A stretch of DNA of 64,000 bases from an uncultured Planctomycetia bacterium (GTDB lineage: Bacteria > Omnitrophota > Gorgyraeia > Duberdicusellales > 4484-171). A program made the position numbers and the translations under genes. The DNA lies in assembly GCA_964605645.1 (NCBI GenBank), contig CAZSDJ010000002.1:394-64393 (forward strand), written 5' to 3'. Shown one piece after another: positions 1 through 9,956 of the stretch. A model generated the notes under the pieces. That model made no database searches. It was not told the DNA's origin and saw nothing but the letters and a program-made list of their open reading frames with translations. Within the stretch, counting starts at the first letter, position 1. Every line of letters starts with the position of its first letter.

Positions 1-1
1 A

Positions 2-1561
2 GAAACTTCAACTACCGCAATTACCAGCCTAATTTTTGAAGGCCTAACCAGAACAAACGGTGTAACTCAAGAGGTTGAACCAAACCTGGCTAAAGCCTGG
101 GAAGTTTCAGAAGATGGAAGGGTTTGGACATTTTATTTAAGAGAAGATGCAAAATGGTTTGACGGCGAGCCTTTTACTGCAGATGATGTGGTGTTTACCT
201 TCCGGCGGCTTATCTTTAATCCTGAGATTGAAACCAGCGCCCGGGATATTTTTACAGTTGAGGGGAAAATTATAAAAGTTAAAAAAATAGATGATTTTAC
301 TGTAGAGTTTAATTTGCCTACTAAATTTGCTCCTTTTTTGCGGGCGATGCCACAAAGCATTTTACCTAAACACCTCTTAGCTGATGTGGTAAAAAAAGAT
401 GAATTTAATTACTTCTGGGGGATAAACACAAAGCCGGAGGAATTGGTAGGAACCGGCCCTTTTAAATTAAGTAAATACCTTTCCGGTGAAAGGATAGTTT
501 TAGAGAAAAATAAAAATTACTGGCGCAGAGGTAAAGGCGGATGCAGGCTTCCCTTTTTAGAAAAAGTAGTCTATGTTATAGTCCAAAATCAAGATGTTGC
601 TTTGTTAAAATTCCTGGAAGGTGAGATTGATTATGTAAGTATAAGAGGCCAGGACTATCCGATCATAAAACCAGCCGAAAAAAAAGGGAATTTTACAATT
701 TATAACGTGGGGCCGGTTTTAAGCTCTAACTTTTTAGTTTTTAATCAAAACAACCGTATAAATCCTAAAACCGGCAAACACTATATTAGCCCTCAAAAAT
801 TAGGTTGGTTCAATGAAGAAAATTTTAGAAAAGCAGTAGCTTATGCGATTGACCGGCAAGCGATAATTGATATTGTTTTTAACGGCCTCGGTTACAGGCA
901 ATATTCTCCCGTGCCGGAATCAGCCGGTTTTTTTCATAATCCAAAGGTAAAAAAGTATGATTATAATACGGAAAAATCTTTAGAATTATTAAAAGATATC
1001 GGAATTTACGACCGGAATCAAGATGGTATTTTAGAAGATAAAGAAGGTAACCAAATAAAATTTAATTTATTTGCGCCAGCCAGAAGTAATCAGCGCCGCG
1101 ACATTGCCAATATTATCAGAAAAGATTTAGAGGATATAGGTATTGGGGTAAATTTTGTGCCGTTAGCATTTAACCAAATTGTGGCAAAACTTGATTCAAC
1201 TTATAATTGGGATGCAATTTTAATTGGCCTAACCGGTGGGATTGAGCCTCATTTTGGCAAAAATGTCTGGAGCTCATCCGGCCATTTGCATATGTGGTAC
1301 CCTAAACAGAAGCAGCCGGCAACTAGATGGGAGGCTGAAATTGATAAGATATTTAATAAGGGAGTTCAAATTTTAGATAGAGATAAACGTAAAATTGTAT
1401 ATGATCGTTGGCAGGAAATTGTGGCTGACAAACTGCCTTTAATTTATACAGTTCAGCCGGCAAATATCTTTGCAATAAGAGATAAGTTTGGCAACTTAAA
1501 GCCTACCTCATACGGGGGAGCTTTTCATAATTTGGAAGAAATCTATATAAAAAATGATTAG
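2..1561 (+). CDS. ABC transporter substrate-binding protein, family 5 (Opp/Dpp-like), 5'-truncated at window edge
   Basis: The frame is open from nt 2 with no upstream stop, so the listed ORF start at 188 is internal. Size and sequence fit periplasmic peptide-binding proteins. It is followed directly by two permeases and two ATPases. Confidence 0.8.
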   Translation, partial: ETSTTAITSLIFEGLTRTNGVTQEVEPNLAKAWEVSEDGRVWTFYLREDAKWFDGEPFTADDVVFTFRRLIFNPEIETSARDIFTVEGKIIKVKKIDDFTVEFNLPTKFAPFLRAMPQSILPKHLLADVVKKDEFNYFWGINTKPEELVGTGPFKLSKYLSGERIVLEKNKNYWRRGKGGCRLPFLEKVVYVIVQNQDVALLKFLEGEIDYVSIRGQDYPIIKPAEKKGNFTIYNVGPVLSSNFLVFNQNNRINPKTGKHYISPQKLGWFNEENFRKAVAYAIDRQAIIDIVFNGLGYRQYSPVPESAGFFHNPKVKKYDYNTEKSLELLKDIGIYDRNQDGILEDKEGNQIKFNLFAPARSNQRRDIANIIRKDLEDIGIGVNFVPLAFNQIVAKLDSTYNWDAILIGLTGGIEPHFGKNVWSSSGHLHMWYPKQKQPATRWEAEIDKIFNKGVQILDRDKRKIVYDRWQEIVADKLPLIYTVQPANIFAIRDKFGNLKPTSYGGAFHNLEEIYIKND

Positions 1562-2519
1562 TTATATAATACGCAGGTTATTATTTTTAATTCCGCTTTT
1601 GTTAATTATGGGGCTGATTGCTTTTATCTGTATCAATCTTGCTCCGGGGAACTATTTTGATACTCTCCGGCTTAACCCTCAAGTTTCAGAACAAACTATA
1701 AAAACTTATGAGCAAAAATATCACTTAGACCAAAATGTATTTGTTCAGTATTTTTATTGGATAAAAAATATTTTGCGCCTGGATTTTGGGTATTCATTCA
1801 CTTATAATCGGCCGGTTTTTGAAGTTTTATACAGCCGGATGTTTAATACCTTTATTTTAGCTTTGTCAGTTATATTATTTAGTTGGTTTATTGCAATTCC
1901 GCTTGGGATATATTGTGCAGTTCATCAATATAAATTTTCGGATAAAATTTTTTCTTTACTATCATTTATTGGATTATCTATCCCTAATTTTTTCTTAGCT
2001 TTACTTCTTTTGTACTTAGTTTCATTAACCGGGGTTTTGCCTACCGGCGGGATGCATTCGGTAGGTTATTATGACTTATCTTTATCGCAGAAATTTATAG
2101 ATTTATTGAAGCATTTAATTATTCCCACCGTAGTTATCGGCACCGCAAGTATTGCCGGCCTGCAGCGGCTGATGCGGGGGAATTTACTGGAGGTGTTACG
2201 CAGCCAGTATGTAATTGCAGCCAGAGCTAAAGGATTACCGGAAAAAAGAGTTATTTATGTCCATGCCCTCAGAAATGCAATAAATCCGATGGTTACAATT
2301 TTTGGCGGCACCTTGCCTGCTCTTTTAAGCGGGGCAGCTTTGACCGAAATTATTTGTAGTTGGCCGGGGCTGGGATCGCTGATGCTGGAGGCGGTGATGA
2401 AACAAGATTTATTTTTATTTGCCGGGAATCTGTTGATGGTTGGTTCTCTTTTGATAATTGGTTATCTGATCGCAGATGTTTTGTTGGCTTGGGTTGATCC
2501 GAGGATTCAGTACAAGTAA
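1554..2519 (+). CDS. ABC transporter permease (OppB/DppB-like)
   Basis: 321 aa, multi-TM, N-terminal hydrophobic MISYIIRRLLFLIPLL typical of DppB/OppB. Overlaps the upstream SBP stop. Confidence 0.85.
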   Translation: MISYIIRRLLFLIPLLLIMGLIAFICINLAPGNYFDTLRLNPQVSEQTIKTYEQKYHLDQNVFVQYFYWIKNILRLDFGYSFTYNRPVFEVLYSRMFNTFILALSVILFSWFIAIPLGIYCAVHQYKFSDKIFSLLSFIGLSIPNFFLALLLLYLVSLTGVLPTGGMHSVGYYDLSLSQKFIDLLKHLIIPTVVIGTASIAGLQRLMRGNLLEVLRSQYVIAARAKGLPEKRVIYVHALRNAINPMVTIFGGTLPALLSGAALTEIICSWPGLGSLMLEAVMKQDLFLFAGNLLMVGSLLIIGYLIADVLLAWVDPRIQYK

Positions 2520-2545
2520 ATAAGTAAAGAGGTAAAGAGGTAAAG

Positions 2546-3643
2546 ATGAAGAGTAAAGACAAGTCAGAGAGTAGTTTCAGGAAAGGATTGAGAAAGTTAA
2601 AGCAGCATAAGCTGGCGGTGTTTTCTTTTTGGCTGTTGTTGATTTTCTATTTATCGGCTTTTTTTGCGCCAATGATTGCTCCTTATCATTACAAGACTGA
2701 AAAGAGAGCATTTAGCTATACACCGCCTTCTAAAATTCATATTATTGATGATAAAGGAAATTGGAATTGGCCTTTTATTTATCAGCGAAGTTATCAATTT
2801 AATCAATTTTATAAAAAGATTTACAAAGAAGACAAAACTGTAAAATATCCTATTAAATTATTTACAAAAGGAGATAGTTATAAATTTTTAGGTTTATTTA
2901 AAACTAATATCCATATTTTGGGAGTTGATAATCCAGCTTATCTTAATATATTAGGGACAGACTCGCGCGGCCGAGATTTATTTAGCCGGATAATTTATGG
3001 TGGGCAAATTTCTTTATCCGTTGGATTAGTAGGGGTCTTTATTGCTTTATTAATTGGGGTTTTTGTAGGAGGCATTTCCGGTTATTTTGGCGGGAAAACT
3101 GATAATTTTTTGATGCGTTTTGCTGAAATTATTATGGTTATCCCCAGTTTTTATTTAATGCTCTCTTTACGGAGTATGTTTTCATATTCGTTAACTTCTT
3201 TACAAATTTATTTTATTATTGTGTTTATTATGTCTTTTATTGGTTGGCCACAGATGGCGCGAGTGGTTAGGGGGATGGCCATATCTTTGCGCCAACGGGA
3301 ATATGTTTTGGCTTCACGCGCTCTCGGCAGCAGTCATTTTCAAACAATTAAAAAACACATTATACCGCATACATTCTCTTATTTGATAGTTTCTGTCTCA
3401 ATCTCAATCCCCGGTTATATTTTAGGAGAATCCGCTTTAAGTTTACTCGGCCTCGGAATTCAAGACCCTTATGCCAGTTGGGGCAATTTATTGTCAGAAT
3501 CGATGGCGATTGCTCAAATTAGGCTGCATCCCTGGGTACTTATCCCGGGTATTTTTATTTTTATTACAGTTATGGCCTTTAATCTATTAGGTGACGGCCT
3601 GCGGGATGCGTTCGACCCGCATGCTGATTTTATTAAAAAATAA
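2546..3643 (+). CDS. ABC transporter permease (OppC/DppC-like) with long N-terminal extension
   Basis: 365 aa multi-TM permease second in the operon. An 8-mer gtaaagag is repeated 3 times just upstream and includes the RBS. Confidence 0.8.
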   Translation: MKSKDKSESSFRKGLRKLKQHKLAVFSFWLLLIFYLSAFFAPMIAPYHYKTEKRAFSYTPPSKIHIIDDKGNWNWPFIYQRSYQFNQFYKKIYKEDKTVKYPIKLFTKGDSYKFLGLFKTNIHILGVDNPAYLNILGTDSRGRDLFSRIIYGGQISLSVGLVGVFIALLIGVFVGGISGYFGGKTDNFLMRFAEIIMVIPSFYLMLSLRSMFSYSLTSLQIYFIIVFIMSFIGWPQMARVVRGMAISLRQREYVLASRALGSSHFQTIKKHIIPHTFSYLIVSVSISIPGYILGESALSLLGLGIQDPYASWGNLLSESMAIAQIRLHPWVLIPGIFIFITVMAFNLLGDGLRDAFDPHADFIKK

Positions 3644-3645
3644 TT

Positions 3646-4638
3646 ATGGAAAATATTTTAGAAGTTAAAAATTTATCTACTCATTTTGAATTAGAAAATT
3701 CAATAGTAAAAGCAGTGGAAGGAGTTAGCTTTAATTTAAAAAAAGGCGAAGTTTTAGGGCTGGTAGGTGAATCCGGTTGTGGAAAATCGGTAACAGCTTA
3801 TTCGATAGTTAATTTGGTGGATAAACCGGGCCAAATAAAAGAGGGTAAAGTAATCTTTGCAGAAAAAGATTTATTAAAAATGAATCAAAAACAACTGCAA
3901 AAAATTAGAGGCGGAGAAATTTCTCTAATTTTCCAAGAACCCCATTCGGCCTTAAATCCGGTTTATACTGTAGGTTTTCAAATTGCCGAGACTATTAGGG
4001 CTCACCATAAAAATATAAAGCAACAAGATTTAAAAAAAAGGATTGAAGAGTTACTCCTGAAAGTAGGTTTGAAATATGATCAGAAAAATAGTTACCCTCA
4101 TAATTTAAGTGGTGGCGAGGCGCAAAGAGTAATGATTGCCCAATCTTTGAGTTGCAATCCAAAGATACTAATTGCCGATGAACCAACGACTGCTTTAGAT
4201 GTAACGGTGCAGGCAAAAATTATCGAACTTTTTAAAAAATTACAAAAAGAGGAGAACTTTAGTTTAATTTTTATTACTCATGATCTTGCGTTATGTTCAC
4301 AAATTGCTGATCGGGTTGCTGTTATGTATTTAGGGCAATTAGTTGAATTAGCTGATCTAGATATGATTATCAAAGAGCCTCTGCACCCATATACCCAAGC
4401 TTTATTTGCCTCACTACCGCAAAGAGCAAAAAGAAAAGAAAAATTAAAAGCAATTGGTGGTGATGTTCCTGATGCAGATGAAAAACCGAGCGGATGTTTT
4501 TTTAATTCGCGTTGTAAAATAAAAGAAGATGATTGTCAAAATATGCGGCCCAAGCTAACAGAGGTAAAAGAAGGCCATTGGGTGAGGTGCATAAAAGTAG
4601 GGAACAGGCCTGCCTGTTCCATTAATAAAAACAATTAA
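3646..4638 (+). CDS. oligopeptide/dipeptide ABC transporter ATP-binding protein (OppD-like)
   Basis: Walker A GESGCGKS, LSGGE signature, Walker B ILIADEPTTALD, C-terminal oligopeptide-transporter extension with Cys cluster. Confidence 0.9.
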   Translation: MENILEVKNLSTHFELENSIVKAVEGVSFNLKKGEVLGLVGESGCGKSVTAYSIVNLVDKPGQIKEGKVIFAEKDLLKMNQKQLQKIRGGEISLIFQEPHSALNPVYTVGFQIAETIRAHHKNIKQQDLKKRIEELLLKVGLKYDQKNSYPHNLSGGEAQRVMIAQSLSCNPKILIADEPTTALDVTVQAKIIELFKKLQKEENFSLIFITHDLALCSQIADRVAVMYLGQLVELADLDMIIKEPLHPYTQALFASLPQRAKRKEKLKAIGGDVPDADEKPSGCFFNSRCKIKEDDCQNMRPKLTEVKEGHWVRCIKVGNRPACSINKNN

Positions 4639-4651
4639 AATAAAGATAAGT

Positions 4652-5452
4652 ATGGAAAACATTTTAGAAGTTAAAAATTTAAAAAAATATTACCCGGTTA
4701 AAAGGGGCTTGTTTTCAAAAAACAATGCTTTTGTAAAAGCTGTAGATGGAGTAAGTTTTTCGGTTCAATCAGGGAAAACTTTAGGATTGGTGGGTGAATC
4801 CGGTTGTGGGAAGAGTACTTTGGCGCGGACGATTTTAAGGTTGATTGAACCTGACTTAGGTTCTGTTTTTTTTCAAGATAAAGATATAACAAAATTATCT
4901 TACAGAGAAATGAAGGTTATTAGAAAAAATTTTCAAATTATTTTTCAAGATCCATTTGGGTCGCTTGACCCGCGCTTTACAGTTTTTGCTATAATCTCAG
5001 AAGGGATAGTAAATTTTTCAAACAATATAAAACAAGAAGCGATCTATAAAAAAATGGTAAAAGTCTTAGAAGATGTCGGCTTGTCGAAGGATATCTTGAA
5101 CCGTTATCCGCACGAATTTAGCGGCGGCCAACGGCAAAGAATAAGTATCGCCAGAGCCTTGGTGCTTGAACCGAAACTTTTAGTTTTAGATGAGCCGGTT
5201 TCATCGCTAGATGTATCAATTCAAGCTCAAATTATCAATCTTTTAATCGATTTACAAAAAAAAAGAGGCCTTAACTATATATTTATTGCCCACGATCTCT
5301 CGGTTGTAAGGCATATTTGTGATAAAGTTTGTGTGATGAGAGAGGGTAAGATTATAGAAGAAGGGGAAACTAGCAAAATATTTGAAAATCCTGAGAATTA
5401 TTATACCAAAAAGTTACTTGTATCTATCCCTAAAATTTTTTCTCAATATTAA
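4652..5452 (+). CDS. oligopeptide/dipeptide ABC transporter ATP-binding protein (OppF-like)
   Basis: Walker A GESGCGKS, FSGGQRQR signature, Walker B LLVLDEPVSSLD. Confidence 0.9.
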   Translation: MENILEVKNLKKYYPVKRGLFSKNNAFVKAVDGVSFSVQSGKTLGLVGESGCGKSTLARTILRLIEPDLGSVFFQDKDITKLSYREMKVIRKNFQIIFQDPFGSLDPRFTVFAIISEGIVNFSNNIKQEAIYKKMVKVLEDVGLSKDILNRYPHEFSGGQRQRISIARALVLEPKLLVLDEPVSSLDVSIQAQIINLLIDLQKKRGLNYIFIAHDLSVVRHICDKVCVMREGKIIEEGETSKIFENPENYYTKKLLVSIPKIFSQY

Positions 5453-5473
5453 ATTTATTTGTTATTTTAATAG

Positions 5474-7327
5474 GTGTCTGTCCCTATTTTTGTCCCTATT
5501 TTTGGGGATTGCGGTTTGATTCTGGCTATGATAAACTATAATGTTATGAGGAATTCATCGCAAAAAGAATTGATTGATTTTATTCGGGAGAAGCAAGGCA
5601 GTATTTCAGAAGAGTTGGTGGGATATATAAAAAGATTGGCTTTTTATGATGTTTTGTACCTGTATGCTTTGTATCAAAAATTTTGGCAAGCAGAAAAAGA
5701 ACTTCAAATTGGCCATAATTTTATCCCCGCGGCACTTCTTAGTGAAAAAGAAAGAATCAAGGAGCTGAATGTAGTTGATTATAGTCAGATTAGAGATGAT
5801 TCCAGTTTAAATAAATTTGCAAAAAAAGTTAATCTTATTTGTAATCCGATGGACGCCGGACTTGGTTCATCCTTGTCGCGGCTGAGTTATTTAAAGAAAA
5901 TTTGGAAAAGTATCAATAGGAAAGGAAAGCCTCGCCTGGGGGCTAAAGGGGAAGATTTATATTTTGATATTAAGGTAGGAGATTCTAGTCAAAAAATAAA
6001 TGTTACCGAGATTAAATACTTACAAGCTATAAATGCAGCTTCCTGTTATAAAAAAATTATTATTGAAGAGCTAGTCAACGAAGAAAGCATTGATTCAATT
6101 AATGAATTTTTAGATGAAACTATTAATTTTAAGGGATTAACCTACCGGAAATTAATTGCGAAAAAGAAAAAAATAGATTTAGCCAAAAAGATGATTGTCC
6201 AAGCGTCTCTACCGACTATCGATAAAGAAAGCAAGAAGCTGACTATGAAGCGAGTTGCTCCCGGCGGCCACGGCCAGCTTGGTTCGATGGTTTTAGGAGA
6301 TGCCGCCGAAGCAAAGAATTCTTTTGCAGAGCTTTTAATTAGGGTAATTTACAACGGAGATGGCCCCAATAATTTTCCCGATCAAAAAATTATTGGATTT
6401 ATGGCAAAAAATAAAATACCGATTATTATGATTACTTCAACTAAAACTCCAATTGATCAAAAAGGGGGCCAAATTGGTTTGGAAATAACCGAAGAAGGCA
6501 ACAAGAAACCGCAAATTTTAGAGTTAGCTCAGGCAGAAGAGCAGGGACAAAAAGATATATTTAGAAAGATTGGGATAAAAGGATTTGATGAATCTATTTA
6601 CGGCAAAGCAGATAAACAATATTTTAATACCAATATTGCTCTGATAAATTATTCGGTAATTTCATCTTTTTTAAAAGATTTATACAATGTAATTGGAGCC
6701 AGAAAATTTTCTCAGATTATTAGTCCCGATTTAATTAAAAATGAAAAAATTCAAGCTAAAAAATCTTATATTCAATTAGAAGGAGCGTTAGCTTCAACTC
6801 TTTTAAATTTAGCCGGATTTATAAAAATAAATAAAGATAAAAAAGTAAAAAAGCTGATTAAGAAATATAAAGTTACTAATTTTTTAGTGATAGTAAATAT
6901 TGATAAAAAGCAAAGGACAGAATTCTTTACTCCGATTAAGTATGCTTGGGATTTTTGGTTTTATGCTTATTCGGATCATTTTAGGCTAGATATTAATAAT
7001 TTTAAGTTGGAAAATTTAAGATCAAACAGCTTACCCAGTTTTGATTTAGGTCCCTTTTATCAAGATTTAGAAAATTGTATTGAAGCTTTTGGCAAAGCCT
7101 CAACTATTGATTTAGATTTTTTGACAATCGAAGGCAAGGTATTTCTAAAAAATGCAAAATTGTCAGGAGTGGTTGTAATCGAGAATCAACTAGAGAAACT
7201 AATTGACCTCAATAATGATCTATTTAAAAATAAGCTTGAATATCAAAATCAATGTTTATTCTTAAAAGATATCAAGATAACGATTAAATCTGAGAAAAAA
7301 ATAGAAGTAGAAGAGCTAACCACTTAG
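5474..7327 (+). CDS. UDP-sugar pyrophosphorylase family protein (eukaryotic-type UTP-glucose-1-phosphate uridylyltransferase, UDPGP/PF01704-like)
   Basis: Motifs align with UGPase/UAP family: nucleotide loop AGLGSSLSR (cf. GGLGTSMG), PGGHGQ (cf. PPGHGD), TSTKTPIDQKGGQ...ILELAQ (cf. TNKTRADVKGG...LVEIAQ), FNTNIALIN (cf. FNTNNLWISL). Exact start uncertain (no clear RBS). Confidence 0.6.
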   Translation: MSVPIFVPIFGDCGLILAMINYNVMRNSSQKELIDFIREKQGSISEELVGYIKRLAFYDVLYLYALYQKFWQAEKELQIGHNFIPAALLSEKERIKELNVVDYSQIRDDSSLNKFAKKVNLICNPMDAGLGSSLSRLSYLKKIWKSINRKGKPRLGAKGEDLYFDIKVGDSSQKINVTEIKYLQAINAASCYKKIIIEELVNEESIDSINEFLDETINFKGLTYRKLIAKKKKIDLAKKMIVQASLPTIDKESKKLTMKRVAPGGHGQLGSMVLGDAAEAKNSFAELLIRVIYNGDGPNNFPDQKIIGFMAKNKIPIIMITSTKTPIDQKGGQIGLEITEEGNKKPQILELAQAEEQGQKDIFRKIGIKGFDESIYGKADKQYFNTNIALINYSVISSFLKDLYNVIGARKFSQIISPDLIKNEKIQAKKSYIQLEGALASTLLNLAGFIKINKDKKVKKLIKKYKVTNFLVIVNIDKKQRTEFFTPIKYAWDFWFYAYSDHFRLDINNFKLENLRSNSLPSFDLGPFYQDLENCIEAFGKASTIDLDFLTIEGKVFLKNAKLSGVVVIENQLEKLIDLNNDLFKNKLEYQNQCLFLKDIKITIKSEKKIEVEELTT

Positions 7328-7339
7328 AATCGCTCCCCA

Positions 7340-7368
7340 TTGACATTTACCTATATATTATATATAAT
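7340..7368 (+). promoter_or_regulatory. consensus sigma70-type promoter TTGACA-17-TATAAT upstream of lysS
   Basis: TTGACA at 7340-7345, 17-nt spacer, TATAAT at 7363-7368. The ATG at 7378 is about 10 nt downstream with no Shine-Dalgarno, implying a near-leaderless transcript. Confidence 0.55.
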
Positions 7369-7377
7369 CAGCAAGTC

Positions 7378-8808
7378 ATGGAAAACGAAGCCTTTAACAA
7401 AAATATAGACAAATTTGGCAATCCTTTTCAGGAAACCAGCTTTCCTAAGCCTTTATCTATCAAGGATATAGTTAATCAATACAGGGAAGAAAAACCGGTT
7501 TCATTAGCCGGCAGAGTTGTTTCGAAGCGGGAACACGGAAAATCGGGTTTTGCTCATTTAGCTGATGCGAGCGGAAAAATTCAAATTTATGCCCGTTTGA
7601 ATAATTTGGCTGAAAAATTTGAGTTGTTCAAAAACTTAGATATTGGCGATATTGTTGGGGTTGAAGGTAAACTTTTTATAACTAGAACCGAAGAGATTAC
7701 AGTTATAGCCGATCAGATAAAATTGTTGGCAAAAGCCTACAGGCCTTTGCCGGAGAAATGGCATGGCTTAAAAGATGTTGAAGTAAGGTATCGGCAGCGT
7801 TACCTTGATTTGATAGCTAACGACCAAGCTTGTGATGTTTTTAGAAAAAGAACAGAAATAGTGGCTTTGGTTCGAAAGTTTTTTGAAAACCTTTCATTTA
7901 TGGAAGTTGAAACTCCGATGCTGCATCATATCCCCGGCGGAGCAGCGGGACGGCCTTTTGAAACCTTTCACAACGCTACATCAAATAAAGTTTATTTGCG
8001 AATTGCTCCTGAACTTTACCTAAAAAGGCTTTTGGTGGGAGGGTTTGATAAAGTTTTTGAGATAAACAGAAGTTTTCGCAACGAGGGATTATCGAGGCGG
8101 CACAATCCGGAGTTTACGATGCTGGAAGCTTATGCAGCTTATTTTGATTATCAGTTTATGATGAAAGTTTGTGAAGATTTATTTACAAAGTTGGCAGAAA
8201 AATTTTGCGGTAGTTTAATCTTTGAATACCAAGGTAAAAAAATAGATTTTACAGCTCCTTGGCAAAGAATTTCTTTAACAAGCCTTTTTAAAAAAGAATT
8301 TGATATTAATCCCGAAGATGAATATAAAGAAGTAGTTTCAAAAATTAGCAAGAAAATAAAATTAAAAGAAGGATTGTCACGAACTCAGATACTTAAATTA
8401 TGCGAAGAGTTGATAGAAAAGAATTATCCTCAAGATAAACCGGCTTTTATTATTGATTTTTTTACTTGGACTTCGCCTTTAGCAAAGCAAAGGCCGGAAG
8501 ATCCGAATTTAGTGGAAAGATTTGAATTGTTTATCGCCGGCATTGAAGTTGCAAATGCTTATTCAGAGCTTAATGATCCGGTTGAGCAAAAACAACGGTT
8601 TTTGGCCCAGCAAAAAGATAAAGAACTTGATGCTAAAATAGATCAAGATTTTATAAAAAGCCTCCAATACGGGATGCCGCCGGCAACCGGCTTAGGAGTC
8701 GGGATAGATCGATTAGTAATGATTCTGCTCAATCAGCCTTCTATTCGGGATGTAATTCTTTTTCCTCTCTTGAAGTTAAAACAAGAATCTGAAGAAAAAA
8801 AATGTTAA
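7378..8808 (+). CDS. lysS: lysine--tRNA ligase (class II)
   Basis: N-terminal OB-fold region, class II motif 2 FRNEGLSRRHNPEFTMLEAY, motif 3 GxGIDRLVM. Confidence 0.92.
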   Translation: MENEAFNKNIDKFGNPFQETSFPKPLSIKDIVNQYREEKPVSLAGRVVSKREHGKSGFAHLADASGKIQIYARLNNLAEKFELFKNLDIGDIVGVEGKLFITRTEEITVIADQIKLLAKAYRPLPEKWHGLKDVEVRYRQRYLDLIANDQACDVFRKRTEIVALVRKFFENLSFMEVETPMLHHIPGGAAGRPFETFHNATSNKVYLRIAPELYLKRLLVGGFDKVFEINRSFRNEGLSRRHNPEFTMLEAYAAYFDYQFMMKVCEDLFTKLAEKFCGSLIFEYQGKKIDFTAPWQRISLTSLFKKEFDINPEDEYKEVVSKISKKIKLKEGLSRTQILKLCEELIEKNYPQDKPAFIIDFFTWTSPLAKQRPEDPNLVERFELFIAGIEVANAYSELNDPVEQKQRFLAQQKDKELDAKIDQDFIKSLQYGMPPATGLGVGIDRLVMILLNQPSIRDVILFPLLKLKQESEEKKC

Positions 8809-9956
8809 CAGAAATTTTCCTTGCCTTTCGTTATCTTTTTCGAGGCCAAGCTCGCCATTTATCCTTTATCGGGCTAATGTCGATTACCGGAATTGTTTTA
8901 GGGGTAGCTACAGTAATTGTAGCAATGTCAATTGTTAACGGAATCGACGGATCTTTAATTCAACGCATAATGAAGTTCAAATACCATGTTGTTATAGATT
9001 CTTCCGATGAGCAAGTTTTATCCGGCTTAGCCAAAAAAATGGAAAAGAGAGAAGAAGTCAAAGAGGCATCTTTGTCGGCCCGAACTCAAGTTTTTGCAAA
9101 AATAGATGATACAATCATCCCTTTGGTAGTAAGAGGGTTTGATTTAGAAAAATTTTCTAAAGATCATTTTTTTGCCAAATACATAAAAGAAGATTTTGGT
9201 AATTCAGGTTTTTTTCTGGGAAAAGGGCTGCAGAGGAGGTTTTATTTACAAGATTCAATTAGTTTTTATCCTTTGCAAAAGAAACTATCTTTAGAAAAAG
9301 AGAAGATTAGAGGTTATTTTGAGACCGGCCTTTATGATGTAGATAATTATTATTTAATTGCTGATTTAAAGAAAGTAAAAAGCCTTTCACCCCACTATCA
9401 TCTTTTTTTAGGATTACGGGTTAGAGAACCTTTTGCGGCGGATAAAATAGCAGAAAAAATTTCTGAAAGCAATCCTGAAATTTTAGTTTCAACTTGGACT
9501 GATTCAAATCAAGACTTATTTGCTACTTTAAAATTAGAAAAAATTGCTTTATTTATTATTTTAACTTTAATTATTATAATTGCTTCCTTTAACATCTTTG
9601 CTACCTTAACAGTTAAAGTGGTGGAGAAAACAAAAGATATTGGGGTGCTTAAATCAATCGGGTTTACGAGCCGAAAGATATTATCGATATTTACTGTGCA
9701 AGGTTTAATTTTAGGGATAATGGGGTCAGGAGGGGGCATCTTGTTGGGGTTGGGATTATGTTATTTGTTAAAAACTTATCCTTTTATTAAGCTGCCCGCA
9801 GAGATCTTTTTTACTGAATATCTTCCGATAATTGTAGATTTAGGTGAAGTTGTAATTATTGGGTTAGTGGCAGTCTTTATTTCATTTTTATCAAGTATTT
9901 GGCCGGCTCTGCGAGCTTGCCGGCTTTGTCCAACCGAGGCATTGCGTTATGAGTAA
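8802..9956 (+). CDS. lipoprotein-releasing system permease (LolC/LolE, FtsX family)
   Basis: 384 aa, N-terminal TM, large periplasmic loop, C-terminal three-TM FtsX-like domain. Followed by the lolD-type ATPase. Confidence 0.75.
   Translation: MLTEIFLAFRYLFRGQARHLSFIGLMSITGIVLGVATVIVAMSIVNGIDGSLIQRIMKFKYHVVIDSSDEQVLSGLAKKMEKREEVKEASLSARTQVFAKIDDTIIPLVVRGFDLEKFSKDHFFAKYIKEDFGNSGFFLGKGLQRRFYLQDSISFYPLQKKLSLEKEKIRGYFETGLYDVDNYYLIADLKKVKSLSPHYHLFLGLRVREPFAADKIAEKISESNPEILVSTWTDSNQDLFATLKLEKIALFIILTLIIIIASFNIFATLTVKVVEKTKDIGVLKSIGFTSRKILSIFTVQGLILGIMGSGGGILLGLGLCYLLKTYPFIKLPAEIFFTEYLPIIVDLGEVVIIGLVAVFISFLSSIWPALRACRLCPTEALRYE

Noticed and set aside
2519-2546. 8-mer gtaaagag repeated 3 times upstream of the second permease gene as a regulatory repeat
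   Set aside because: It is only 24 nt, which is better explained as a reiterated Shine-Dalgarno-like AAAGAGG region. There is no second copy elsewhere in the window.
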